DNA from: Oscillospiraceae bacterium
Lineage (GTDB): Bacteria; Bacillota; Clostridia; Oscillospirales; Oscillospiraceae
Length of the DNA: 64,000 nt
Reading direction: 5' to 3'
NCBI GenBank assembly: GCA_017425545.1
Contig: JAFPFL010000007.1
Location: 20,418-84,417, forward strand
How positions within the stretch are numbered: the first letter of the stretch is position 1; the number at the start of each line of letters is the position of its first letter. Below the pieces are notes generated by a model. That model was not told the origin of the DNA. It was given only the letters and a program-made list of their open reading frames with translations, and ran no database searches. The translations under genes were made by a program, and so were the position numbers. This document shows, one piece after another, positions 9,252-18,174 of this stretch.

Positions 9252-11054
9252 ATGGCATCGAATAACGATAGAAAAGTTCTTCTCTCCCTGAAAGACGTCG
9301 AAGTCAAGTTCAACGTCCGCGGTCGTATCCTGACGGCGATCCGCCGTGTTTCCCTGGACATCTATGAGAACGAAGTTCTCGCCATCGTCGGCGAGTCCGG
9401 TTCCGGCAAGTCTGTTCTGACCAAGACCTTCTCCGGTATGCTGGAGTCCAACGGCTTCATTTCGAACGGCACCATCATCCTCTCCGATGACGAGCTCTCC
9501 GAAACCGACGTCGTTCTGACCCCCTTCAACAAGAGAACGCTTGCGCGCTATCAGGAGATGCTGAACAAGTACTCCAAGCTTGAGCGTGGTGCGAAGGAGT
9601 TCAATCTGATCCAGGAGAAGAAGCGCGACATTCAGGCCGCCCAGTCCCTCTCCCTTGACGAGCAGGCGGAGTACGAAGTCCGCTTGAAGAAGTTCAAGGA
9701 CGAGATCGTCGACAAGAACAATTACATCCAGACCCTCGACCGCCACAACGCGGAAGATGCTGCTGAGATGGCCAAGGTCAAGGCGCAGATCGCCGATCTC
9801 GCCGCCCAGCGCGACGCGATGATTCTGGAAAACAAGAACCTGGCGGAGAAGCGCAAGGCCGAGTACAATCACGAGACCGGCCGTGCCGCACAGGACGCTG
9901 CCGAGCTTGCTGAGCTCGAAAAGCAGCGCGCCGCCAAGATCGAGACGCCAGACGATCCCAGCAATCCCTACGGTCTGACCAAGGAGGTCCTCGACCGCAA
10001 CGAGAAGATCGCGAAAGAGATCCTGCTCTCCACGGCGAGATATTCCAAGCGCAAGCAGTTCGGCTTCCGCAGCAAGCTGAACAAGGCGTTCCGTGTTGCG
10101 ATGGAGAGCGGCGAGGATCTGAACGATCCCAAAGTTCTGAACGACGTCATCGGCGTTGCGGCCTTCCGTGTGGAGTACCGCGGCTACGATGAGGACACGA
10201 ACACCCTCCGCGGCTACGCGATTATCGACTGCGCCAAGGTCAAGGACAGCGAAGACTGGCAGAAGATCCGCGGCTGCAGAATTGCAACCGTTTTCCAGGA
10301 CCCGATGACCTCCCTGAACCCGGTCATTACGATCGGCAAGCAGATCCAGGCCGTCATTCTGAAGCATCAGAAGTGCTCCAAGGTCGAAGCCAGAAAGCGC
10401 GCCATCGAGATCATGGGCAAGGTCGGTATCCCCGACCCGGAGTCGCGTTTTGACGACTATCCCTTCGAGTACTCCGGCGGTATGCGTCAGAGAATCGTTA
10501 TTGCGATTGCGCTGTCCTGCCAGCCGAAGATCCTGATCTGCGACGAGCCGACCACCGCTCTGGACGTTACCATCCAGGCGCAGATCCTTCGCCTGATCAA
10601 GGAGCTGCAGGAAGACCTCGGCTTCACCACGGTCTACATCACCCACGACCTTGGCGTCGTTGCAAACGTCGCCGAGCGCGTTGCGGTTCTGTACGCCGGC
10701 CAGATCGTCGAAGTCGGTTCCGTCGAAGAGATCTTCTACGAGCCGAAGCACCCCTACACCTGGGCGCTGCTGTCCTCTCTGCCGCAGCTTTGCGAGAAGG
10801 GCACCGACCTCTTCTTCATTCCCGGCACGCCTCCTTCGCTCTACAACAAGATCAAAGGCGACGCGTTTGCTCCCAGAAACCAGTACGCCATGGCCATCGA
10901 CCTGGAGAAGGAGCCTCCTATGATCCAGGTCAGCCCGACGCACTGGGCCAAGACCTGGCTGCTTGATCCGAGAGCTCCGAAGGTGGAATGCCCCAGGAAC
11001 ATCACGAATCTGCATGAGAAGATGAAACGGCTGCATGTGGATTTTGAGTTTTAA
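9252..11054 (+). CDS. ABC transporter ATP-binding protein (OppD-like) with ~250-aa insertion between Walker A and Q-loop
   Basis: Walker A GESGSGKS (aa 47-54), Q-loop [10 protein letters not shown] (aa 348-), signature SGGMRQR, Walker [13 protein letters not shown], and an oligopeptide-type C-terminal domain. Walker A to Q-loop spacing is about 295 aa, against roughly 45 aa in canonical OppD. Confidence 0.9.
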   Translation: MASNNDRKVLLSLKDVEVKFNVRGRILTAIRRVSLDIYENEVLAIVGESGSGKSVLTKTFSGMLESNGFISNGTIILSDDELSETDVVLTPFNKRTLARYQEMLNKYSKLERGAKEFNLIQEKKRDIQAAQSLSLDEQAEYEVRLKKFKDEIVDKNNYIQTLDRHNAEDAAEMAKVKAQIADLAAQRDAMILENKNLAEKRKAEYNHETGRAAQDAAELAELEKQRAAKIETPDDPSNPYGLTKEVLDRNEKIAKEILLSTARYSKRKQFGFRSKLNKAFRVAMESGEDLNDPKVLNDVIGVAAFRVEYRGYDEDTNTLRGYAIIDCAKVKDSEDWQKIRGCRIATVFQDPMTSLNPVITIGKQIQAVILKHQKCSKVEARKRAIEIMGKVGIPDPESRFDDYPFEYSGGMRQRIVIAIALSCQPKILICDEPTTALDVTIQAQILRLIKELQEDLGFTTVYITHDLGVVANVAERVAVLYAGQIVEVGSVEEIFYEPKHPYTWALLSSLPQLCEKGTDLFFIPGTPPSLYNKIKGDAFAPRNQYAMAIDLEKEPPMIQVSPTHWAKTWLLDPRAPKVECPRNITNLHEKMKRLHVDFEF

Positions 11055-11065
11055 GGAGACGACAT

Positions 11066-12013
11066 ATGAATCAATCAGATAAAGAAGTACTGCTTTCTAT
11101 TAAAAATCTGGATGTTGTCTTCGGTAGAGGCAAGCGTGCGTTCAAGGCAATCGACAACGTCAGCTTCGACATCTACAAGGGTGAAACTCTCTCCCTCGTC
11201 GGCGAGTCCGGATCCGGCAAGACCACCATTGGCCGTGCCATCATTCGTATCAATCCCTGCTCCGCTGGTGAGATTCTCTATAAGGGCGAGCGCATCTCCG
11301 GTTCTCTTTCCAGAAAAGCGGACCGCGAAGTTGTCCGCAAGATCCAGATGATTTTCCAGGATCCTGCCGCTTCCCTGAACGAGCGCGCCACCATTGAGTA
11401 CATCATTTCCGAAGGCCTCTACAACTTCCATCTTTACAAGGATGAGAAGGATAGAATGGCAAAGATCGAGCGCGTGGTCGAGGAAGTCGGCCTGCTGCCC
11501 GAGCACCTGACCCGTTATCCGCACGAGTTCTCCGGCGGCCAGCGTCAGCGTGTCGGCATCGCCCGTTCCATTGTCATGGAGCCTGAGTTCATCATCGCGG
11601 ACGAGCCGATCTCCGCTCTGGACGTTTCCATTCGTGCGCAGGTTCTGAACCTGCTCAAGAAGTTCCAGGTTGAGCGCGGCCTGACCTACCTCTTCATCGC
11701 GCATGACCTCTCGATCGTCCGCTTCATTTCGGACCGTATCGTGGTTATCTACAAGGGCCGTGTTATGGAGATCGCGGAGACGGAAGAGCTCTTCCACTAT
11801 CCGCTGCACCCCTACACCAAGTCCCTGATGAGCGCGATCCCGGTTCCCGATCCGAGGATCGAGAAGGACAAGAAGCTCTTCGTGTACGACAAGAAGATGC
11901 ACGACTACTCTGTGGAACAGCCCTCGCTGGTTGACATCGGCAACGGCCACATGGTTTTCGGCAGCCCCTCCGAGATCGAGAAGTACAAGAAGATCCGCTT
12001 CGGTAACCAGTAA
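11066..12013 (+). CDS. ABC transporter ATP-binding protein (OppF-like)
   Basis: [27 protein letters not shown]; normal length of 315 aa. Confidence 0.92.
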   Translation: MNQSDKEVLLSIKNLDVVFGRGKRAFKAIDNVSFDIYKGETLSLVGESGSGKTTIGRAIIRINPCSAGEILYKGERISGSLSRKADREVVRKIQMIFQDPAASLNERATIEYIISEGLYNFHLYKDEKDRMAKIERVVEEVGLLPEHLTRYPHEFSGGQRQRVGIARSIVMEPEFIIADEPISALDVSIRAQVLNLLKKFQVERGLTYLFIAHDLSIVRFISDRIVVIYKGRVMEIAETEELFHYPLHPYTKSLMSAIPVPDPRIEKDKKLFVYDKKMHDYSVEQPSLVDIGNGHMVFGSPSEIEKYKKIRFGNQ

Positions 12014-12020
12014 TCCAAGG

Positions 12021-12062
12021 CAAAATCGCTGCAGCCGACCGTCGGCTGCAGCGATTTTGCGT
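12021..12062 (+). terminator. Intrinsic terminator of the Opp-like operon
   Basis: CAAAATCGCTGCAGCCGAC / GTCGGCTGCAGCGATTTTG forms a near-perfect long stem ending in TTTTG. Confidence 0.7.
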
Positions 12063-12159
12063 CTCCGGCCTCCCGTTCGCCCTGCAGAACGGGAGGCCGA
12101 TTGATCAAGGGGGAGATTCCTTTCCTGCCGGGGGTGCTCTCCCAGACGAACACATAAGC

Positions 12160-12195
12160 GCAAAGAAGCCGCCGCGGAACTTCCGCGGCGGCTTT
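12160..12195 (-). terminator. Probable terminator of the zinc-ribbon/Pro-rich gene
   Basis: AAGCCGCCGCGGAA / TTCCGCGGCGGCTT palindrome; on the minus strand it is followed by CUUCUUUGCGCUU. Confidence 0.55.
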
Positions 12196-12209
12196 GATGG
12201 TATTTCCGA

Positions 12210-13616
12210 TCAGGCCTTTGCGCGCGCCTTCTTCTTCGGCGCGACGAAGATCAGCACGAGCGAGAGCAGGGTGCCGAGTGCGCCGGCGCCGATCAGGCCC
12301 CAGCCGAACAGACCGGGCATGGTCGTCGTGTAGGGCACCGGGCGTGCGCTCTCCGCGAGGGTCGTGTTGTTGATGTAGCGCATCCAGCCGTCGAGAGCAT
12401 TCTGGTCGTCGATGACGGCGGACCAAAGCTTCGTGCAGTCGCCGGTGGAAGCCTTGACGGCGAGGAAAAAGCTTGCCGCGAAGCAGCCGAGCCCGATCAG
12501 GCCGAAGATCACGGCGAATACGAAGGGAAGCTTGCCGCGCATCGCTCCGAGCGCGCCGAGCAGCAGCAAAATCACGGCGATGCCGAACGCGACGAGCAGA
12601 CCGATCAGCAGCAAAAGCTGCGGCATGCCGAGCGCGGACTTGAGCTGGAGCAGAGACAGGTCGCGGCTGGCCACGAACTCAGTGGCACCGCCGGGCGCCT
12701 GTGCGGCGAGGTCAAAGTGGATCGCGCCGAAGAAGCTGCAGATCGCAGCGCCAAGCATCAGCAGGGCGGCAAGCAGGGCGAGCACGACGCCGCCGGTCGA
12801 GAGCTTCCGCTTCTTTGCGGGCGGCTCGACGGGCTTTGCAGGGGGCTGCTGGCCGTAGGTCGCAGTCTGGTAATCGGTCTGCTGCATTCTGTAGGGGTTT
12901 GCGCCGGGCTGCTGATAGGGCGGCTGGCCGTAGGCGGGCTGGCCGGGCTGCTGATAGGGCGGCTGGCCGTAGGCAGGCTGTCCGGGCTGTGTGGGCTGGC
13001 CGTAGGCGGGTTGGCCGGGCTGTGTGGGCTGGCCGTAATAGTAGGGGTTCCCGGGAGGCGCGTAGACCGGCTGGCCGGGGTTCGACCATCTCTCCGGGGC
13101 ATTGGGCTGCGTGTAGTTCGGATAAGTCCCGACGGGCGGGTTGTAACCAGGCTGCGCGGGGGCTGCGGGGCGGGGCGCTTCGGCGCCGTTCAGCGGCTGC
13201 TGGTCGCGCGCAATCGGGGGCGCCGTGAAGAAGGAGGCGGGGTCCGAAGCCGTCGGCGCGGGCTCCGCAGCGGGAGCGGGCGCGGCTTCGGGCGCGGGCT
13301 CCGCAGCGGGAGCGGGCGCGGCTTCGGGTGCGGGCTCCGCAGCGGGAGCGGGCGCGGCTTCGGGTGCGGGCTCTACAGCGGGAGCAGGCGCGGCTTCCGG
13401 CGCGGGTTCTTCTGCAGGGGCGACGGGTGTTTCAACGGGGGCGATGGGTTCCGGAACAGGCGCCGTCGGAGGAACCGGCATGACCGGCGCGGCCGGCGGT
13501 ACGACCGCCGTCGGAGCGGCCATCGGGGCGGAGGGCGTCACAGCTGTCGGCGTGCCGCAATTGGAGCAAAAGGGGACGCCGTCCGGCAGCTTTGCGCCGC
13601 ATTTACGACAAAACAT
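12210..13616 (-). CDS. Zinc-ribbon membrane protein with Pro/Ala- and Gln/Pro-rich tandem repeats
   Basis: Track ORF trimmed to MFCRKCGAKLPDGVPFCSNCG (GGAGG upstream). CxxC-x12-CxxC zinc ribbon, long low-complexity region, about 4 TM helices in the C-terminal part. Confidence 0.75.
   Translation of the reverse strand: MFCRKCGAKLPDGVPFCSNCGTPTAVTPSAPMAAPTAVVPPAAPVMPVPPTAPVPEPIAPVETPVAPAEEPAPEAAPAPAVEPAPEAAPAPAAEPAPEAAPAPAAEPAPEAAPAPAAEPAPTASDPASFFTAPPIARDQQPLNGAEAPRPAAPAQPGYNPPVGTYPNYTQPNAPERWSNPGQPVYAPPGNPYYYGQPTQPGQPAYGQPTQPGQPAYGQPPYQQPGQPAYGQPPYQQPGANPYRMQQTDYQTATYGQQPPAKPVEPPAKKRKLSTGGVVLALLAALLMLGAAICSFFGAIHFDLAAQAPGGATEFVASRDLSLLQLKSALGMPQLLLLIGLLVAFGIAVILLLLGALGAMRGKLPFVFAVIFGLIGLGCFAASFFLAVKASTGDCTKLWSAVIDDQNALDGWMRYINNTTLAESARPVPYTTTMPGLFGWGLIGAGALGTLLSLVLIFVAPKKKARAKA
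13260..13403 (-). repeat. 4 x 36-bp in-frame tandem repeat (EPAPEAAPAPAA units)
   Basis: Unit GGGCTCCGCAGCGGGAGCGGGCGCGGCTTCGGG(C/T)GC at 13260, 13296, 13332 and (diverged) 13368. Confidence 0.85.
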
Positions 13617-13703
13617 ATGAGAACCTCCAATCGTATATAATCTGAATACGCCATAGGTTTCTACCTCTATCATAGCGGATTTTAGAGAAAAGTCAAGAAT
13701 TAT

Positions 13704-15071
13704 TCAGGTTTCTCGTATGATTGTGCAATGCGGCAGGCTGCCTTTTTCCCCGCCGGGCACAGGCGCATGGCCGGCCGCGCCGCCGTCCAGGACGGTCAGC
13801 AGCCGTCGCAGGCTCAAAAACAGATTGACCAAATGCGAGACCGCGTAGGTCAGCAGGTAGCCGCCGATCCCCAGGCGCGGCAGGAGGAAGAACAGCCCCG
13901 CCACGTCGATCACGTTCGTGAAACTGTTGTAGCGCACCAGATACAATTGCTGCCCGAGCCCCTTCTGCAACCCGTCCACAATGGCGTCGGGGTAGAGGAA
14001 GAGGACCAGCGGCGAAAAGAGCCGCAAGTAGTAGCCCGCCGCCTCCCCGTGAAAGAGGGCGGCGCCGAGCTTGCCGCCGAAGCAGTAGAGGCCGAGGAAA
14101 ACGGCCCCGGTGAGCAGGAGGACGGCCCGGAGGCTCTTCCGCGCCAGAGCGTGCAGGCGGTCCCACGCGCCGGCGGCCTGACACCGAGCCAGCTCGGAGA
14201 CCATGAGCTCCGACAGGGCGAAGACCAGCTCCGCCGGGAACCAGAGCACCGGGAAGACCATGCCGGAAATCGTCCCGTAGGCGGCCAGCGCGCTGTGGCG
14301 CGAGCCGGAGCGGGAGAGCCCGTAGGGGATCAGAAACTGCTCCACGGCCCCGAGCCCGGCCCGCAGATAGTCGTTCGCCGCGAGCGGGATGCAGAGGCGC
14401 AGGACGCTGCCGCGCGGTGCGTGTCCGGGCCGCCCGACGTCGCGGCGAAAGCGCGTGTAGAGCAGAAAAAAGCAGACGCACGCGCCGCAGGCGCTCCCGG
14501 CGATCACGGCGGCGCAGACCGCAGCCAGACTCCGGACCAGCCGCAGCAGAAACAGCGTCACGCAGACCGAGAGCAGATGATCCAGAAACTCCGCTGAGAC
14601 CAGTTCCCTCAGCCTTCCGCAGGCCGTGAAGCTGCCCCGCAGCACGCCGCACAGCGTTTGGAGGGGGAGGAGGACCCCCAGGACCCGGAGCGCCGGCGCC
14701 GTGCGACCGTCCAAAAGCAGCGCCTCAGAGATCCGGCCCGAGAGCAGGATCAGTGCTGTGCCGACCGCCGCGCTCACAAGCAGACCGTAGCGCAGGCAGC
14801 CGCCCACGGCGCCGGTCAGCGCCGAAGGACTCCCGCGTCCGTAGGCGGACGCCGAGAGCTGCAGTGCGGCGACCCGGACGCCGGAGGAGGCAAGCGTCCC
14901 CGCGAAGCCCCCGACGGTCAGAACGAGCTGCAGCAAGCCCATCCCTTCCGCGCCGATGCGCCGGGTCAGGATCGACTGAAACAGAACGCCGATCCCCCGG
15001 AGCGCCAGCCCGCTGGCCGTCAGAAGGAGCGTCCCGCGCACGAGCGTCCGACCTTTCTTCATCGCCTGCAC
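13704..15071 (-). CDS. MOP-superfamily flippase (SpoVB / MurJ-like polysaccharide biosynthesis protein)
   Basis: 455-aa polytopic membrane protein. The N-terminus LLLTASGLALRGIGVLFQSILTRRIGAEGMGL resembles SpoVB/MurJ-family proteins. The start may instead be the ATG 9 nt downstream (15062). Confidence 0.7.
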   Translation of the reverse strand: MQAMKKGRTLVRGTLLLTASGLALRGIGVLFQSILTRRIGAEGMGLLQLVLTVGGFAGTLASSGVRVAALQLSASAYGRGSPSALTGAVGGCLRYGLLVSAAVGTALILLSGRISEALLLDGRTAPALRVLGVLLPLQTLCGVLRGSFTACGRLRELVSAEFLDHLLSVCVTLFLLRLVRSLAAVCAAVIAGSACGACVCFFLLYTRFRRDVGRPGHAPRGSVLRLCIPLAANDYLRAGLGAVEQFLIPYGLSRSGSRHSALAAYGTISGMVFPVLWFPAELVFALSELMVSELARCQAAGAWDRLHALARKSLRAVLLLTGAVFLGLYCFGGKLGAALFHGEAAGYYLRLFSPLVLFLYPDAIVDGLQKGLGQQLYLVRYNSFTNVIDVAGLFFLLPRLGIGGYLLTYAVSHLVNLFLSLRRLLTVLDGGAAGHAPVPGGEKGSLPHCTIIRET

Positions 15072-15231
15072 CCCCGGACCATCCTTATGCGCCGCCGCCT
15101 CGCCGTATGACAGCCGCCGGCGCGTCCGTTTCCGGCTCTGTTCAAGGCTGAAAAACCCTTTCTGAAAATCCCGAAAGCCGACAGATTAAAAAAAAAGAAA
15201 AAGAATCCTGCGAAAAATTTCAATTTCGCGA

Positions 15232-15270
15232 TGAAGATCGATCGGTTTCCAAAAATTTCCGATCGATCTT
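15232..15270. repeat. 13-bp perfect inverted repeat in non-coding region
   Basis: GAAGATCGATCGG (15232-15244) / CCGATCGATCTTC (15258-15270) around a 13-nt A/T-rich loop. Confidence 0.8.
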
Positions 15271-15627
15271 CGCACAGGATCTGCGCAAAACCGCGCGAAA
15301 ACCCATCGCTTTTCGAAAAACTTCGAACAGTTTTTGAAAAAAATCGCGCGGTATTTTCAAAAAACCGTGCAGAAATATTTGAAAATTTTCGAAGCCCGCG
15401 CGGAAATCGCGCAAAGCTCTGCTTCAACAGATCCGACGTATTCAGCCCTGCTTTCCGCCGATTTCCCGCCGTTTTTGCATCAATACCGCTGAAAAACAGG
15501 TCGAAACGCATCGAAATTTCCAAAAATCCTCCGCGCCGGTCCAAGGCGAAACGACCCGAAAATCGGGCGCAATCCGGACCGATCCGGTACCCAAAAAACA
15601 GCTTTGTCGCGGACAATGTTCGCAACA

Positions 15628-15699
15628 AGTATAAGAGAGAGAATAAGAAAGAGAATAAGTATAAGAATAAGTATAAGTATAAGAGAAAGAGAGAGAGAA
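15628..15699. repeat. Hexamer-periodic purine-rich tract (12 x 6 nt)
   Basis: gtataa gagaga gaataa gaaaga gaataa gtataa gaataa gtataa gtataa gagaaa gagaga gagaaa. The plus strand carries no C at all. Confidence 0.9.
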
Positions 15700-15710
15700 A
15701 GAACAGACGC

Positions 15711-15738
15711 GCAAAAAATCGCCGCCCCGAAGGGCGGC
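15711..15738 (-). terminator. Intrinsic terminator of the zur-znu-lipoprotein operon
   Basis: CGCCGCCC-CGAA-GGGCGGCG hairpin followed on the minus strand by UUUUUUG; lies 63 nt after the lipoprotein stop. Confidence 0.85.
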
Positions 15739-15800
15739 GGTTCTCGTTCTTCCGATGGAGCAGATCTTCAGATCGCGATTTTGCGGACGCGGCTTGCGGC

Positions 15801-16556
15801 TCAGTAGCCGCCGGTCGCCGTGACCTGGGCGTTGACGAGGGTGCTGCTCTGCCAGGTGCCGGTCACCACAACCATGGTTCCGATCGCGGGAACCTCCTGT
15901 CCGGTCGTGAAGTCCAGCTTCCAGACGTTGTCATAGTAGGGGTGCTGGATCGTGTTCGGCGTCATGACTCTGCCGTAGATGCGGACTGTCTTTCCCTCGT
16001 AGAGATCCGGGGCGTGCAGCAGATTCAGAAGCTGCACGCGCTCGAGAGTCCCGTCCATCACAGTGAGGTCCACGTCGGCAGTTTCGCCCTCGTACCGCGT
16101 CACCGTCTCCACCACGGCGTCCTTGTACCAGTACTTGTCCAGGGCCGCCTCGTTGTACTCGAGCGTGCCGGTCATCTTGACCAGCGAGCCGGCGCGCGGC
16201 AGGTCGTTCGGGTGATTCGGAACGAATTCCCACTGCCAGTCGCAGCACTTCGTGTTGTCATAGTAGCCCCAGACGTAGTAGCGGTCCTTGTTGGACCAGT
16301 TGTCGTGCATGATGATGAAGATGCCGACCTTTGTCACGTGCTGGCCGACGAACTGCTCCGCCTGCTTGTTGAAGAACAGGTTCTGGTATTCCACGTACTC
16401 CGGTTGACTGATCGGCGCCTGAAGCGTGCTCGCGGCGGCGGGCCGATCCTCCAGCGCCGGTTCCGCTCCGGGTTTTCCGCTTCCGACCTTGATTTTGCTG
16501 CAGCCGCACAGCAGCAGGCACAGAATCAGGAGCATAGCAAAGATCCGAGATTTCAT
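15801..16556 (-). CDS. Uncharacterised lipoprotein with internal duplication, last gene of the zinc-uptake operon
   Basis: Signal peptide with lipobox LLCGC. Two similar ~90-aa halves (FVGQHVTKVGIF...GSLVKMTGTLE and LYEGKTVRIYGRV...GTMVVVTGTWQ). 52-nt gap after znuB. Confidence 0.8.
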   Translation of the reverse strand: MKSRIFAMLLILCLLLCGCSKIKVGSGKPGAEPALEDRPAAASTLQAPISQPEYVEYQNLFFNKQAEQFVGQHVTKVGIFIIMHDNWSNKDRYYVWGYYDNTKCCDWQWEFVPNHPNDLPRAGSLVKMTGTLEYNEAALDKYWYKDAVVETVTRYEGETADVDLTVMDGTLERVQLLNLLHAPDLYEGKTVRIYGRVMTPNTIQHPYYDNVWKLDFTTGQEVPAIGTMVVVTGTWQSSTLVNAQVTATGGY

Positions 16557-16608
16557 TTCCGAATACCTCCCATTTGCAGCGTTATCGATGTTCTAAACGA
16601 TTGAAGCG

Positions 16609-17442
16609 TTATCTGAGAATCAGACCGAGAAAACTGGACAAGCCGAAGACGGCGAGATCCGCAACGACGATCGTCGAGCCGACCGGCGTGCTGAAAACAG
16701 CGGAGGCGAGGATCCCGATCACCGTGCAGCCCACGGAGATGCAGGCCGCGCAGATCGTCACCGAGCGGAAGCTCTTGAGCACCCGCATCGCCGACAGGGC
16801 GGGGAAGACGACCAGTGCCGAGATCAGCAGCGAGCCGACCAGATCCATTGCGAGCACGATCACGACCGCGATGATGATCGCCAGCAGCAGATTGTACAGC
16901 TTCGTGTTCGTGCCGGTCGCCGCCGCAAAGTTTTCATCAAAGGTGATCGCGAAGATCTTGTGGTAGAAGACGACGAAGAAGATCATGACCACGATCGAGA
17001 GCACGATGGAGGCGAGGACCTCCGTCTCGCTCAGAGTCAGGATCGAGGTCCCGCCGAATAGGGTCGTGCAGACGTCGCCGGAGATGTTGGACTTGCCCGA
17101 GGGCGGCCAGAGGTTCATCAGCAGATAGCCCACCGCGAGCGCGGCCACGGAGATCATCGCGACGGAGGCGTCGCCCTTGACCTTCGCCCGCTGGCCGCTG
17201 CGGAGCAGCAGCACCGCGCAGAGGATCGTGATCGGCATCACGATCAGCATGTCGTTGGTCATGCCGGCCACAGCCGCTACGGCCATGGCGCCGAAGGCGA
17301 CGTGGCTCAGGCCGTCGCCGATGAAGGAGAAGCGCCGGAGCACGAGGGTGACGCCGAGCAGGGAGGAGCAGAGCGAAATCAGAACGCCGACGAGCAGCGC
17401 GTTCTGCACGAAGGTCAGCTGCAGATAATCGGCAAGCGTCAT
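16609..17442 (-). CDS. znuB: Metal (zinc/manganese) ABC transporter permease, ZnuB-like
   Basis: Track ORF 16609..17763 trimmed to MTLADYLQLTFVQNALL (4-nt ATGA overlap with the znuC stop). Polytopic, ZnuB/TroCD-like sequence. Confidence 0.88.
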   Translation of the reverse strand: MTLADYLQLTFVQNALLVGVLISLCSSLLGVTLVLRRFSFIGDGLSHVAFGAMAVAAVAGMTNDMLIVMPITILCAVLLLRSGQRAKVKGDASVAMISVAALAVGYLLMNLWPPSGKSNISGDVCTTLFGGTSILTLSETEVLASIVLSIVVMIFFVVFYHKIFAITFDENFAAATGTNTKLYNLLLAIIIAVVIVLAMDLVGSLLISALVVFPALSAMRVLKSFRSVTICAACISVGCTVIGILASAVFSTPVGSTIVVADLAVFGLSSFLGLILR

Positions 17443-18149
17443 TGCGAAACACCTCCCTGCTGCAGAAATGCCTTCCCGACCGGACTGCTCAGATAGTCCT
17501 GACGGGTCCCGTAGTACACCGTGGAGCCGATGTGCAGGATGTGGGTCGCGTGCGCAAGCGCCGCGCCAAGATCGTGGGAGATCATGATGACCGTGATCCC
17601 CTCCTGCCGGTTGAGCGAGCGGATGATCGCGTACATTTCCGCCGTCACTTTCGGATCGAGCCCGGCTACGGGCTCGTCGAGCAGCAGCAGCTTCCGCGTC
17701 GCGCACAAGGCGCGGGCGAGCAGCACGCGCTGCTGCTGACCGCCGGAGAGCTCGCGGTAGCACCGGTTGGCGAGGGCTTCGAGACCCATGCGCCGGATGT
17801 TCTCCTTCGCGAGCTCGCGGTCCGCTCTGGAATAGAAGGGCCGCATGCCCTGCCTGCCCTGGCAGCCGGAGAGGACGATCTCCTTGACGCTTGCGGGGAA
17901 GTCCCGCTGCACCAGCGTCTGCTGCGGCAGGTAGCCGATCTCGCTCTGACGCAGGCCGTCGCCGGTGGCAACGGTTCCGCTCAGAGGCTTGCGCAGGCCG
18001 AGGATGGTTTTCATCAGGGTCGTCTTGCCGGAGCCGTTTTCTCCGACAATGCAGAGATAGTCTCCGGCGTTGACCTCGAAGCTGACGTGTTGGAGAATGG
18101 CCTTTCCCTCATAGCCGAGAGAGAGGTCGCGGCAGGTTAACAGAGCCAT
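17439..18149 (-). CDS. znuC: Metal ABC transporter ATP-binding protein, ZnuC-like
   Basis: GENGSGKTT, LSGGQQQRVLLARAL, LLLLDEP. Confidence 0.9.
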   Translation of the reverse strand: MALLTCRDLSLGYEGKAILQHVSFEVNAGDYLCIVGENGSGKTTLMKTILGLRKPLSGTVATGDGLRQSEIGYLPQQTLVQRDFPASVKEIVLSGCQGRQGMRPFYSRADRELAKENIRRMGLEALANRCYRELSGGQQQRVLLARALCATRKLLLLDEPVAGLDPKVTAEMYAIIRSLNRQEGITVIMISHDLGAALAHATHILHIGSTVYYGTRQDYLSSPVGKAFLQQGGVSQ

Positions 18150-18174
18150 AGATCTGCTCCTCTTCGTAAAAGTC

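Noticed and set aside
13260-13403. Possible CRISPR-like array, suggested by regular 36-bp repeats
   Set aside because: The repeats are directly adjacent with no spacers, are in frame, and encode a Pro/Ala-rich linker inside a CDS. No cas genes are present in the window.
13555-13680. Apparent one-base coordinate discrepancy between my reading of the printed sequence and the ORF-track frames near 13560
   Set aside because: This is most likely my own miscount of an A-run while reading. The flanking ORF coordinates (13225, 13704) agree with the track, so track coordinates were used and no frameshift or pseudogene is claimed.
15059-16604. ORFs 15059-15628(-), 15231-16604(+) and 15442-15714(-) spanning the A-tract and hexamer region
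   Set aside because: The translations are repetitive low-complexity strings (RFF/SKT repeats, YTYSYS dipeptides, KYKRENK). There is no RBS, and codon usage is unlike the local genes. I treated the region as non-coding.
16609-17763. Long N-terminal extensions of track ORFs (also 1683, 2822, 21647, 27639-29492, 29288-30364, 36229, 46910-48478, 48081, 51842, 52252)
   Set aside because: The extensions overlap the upstream genes and translate to Arg/Pro-rich sequence. Internal ATGs with good RBSs reproduce the conserved N-termini of the families, so the starts were trimmed.
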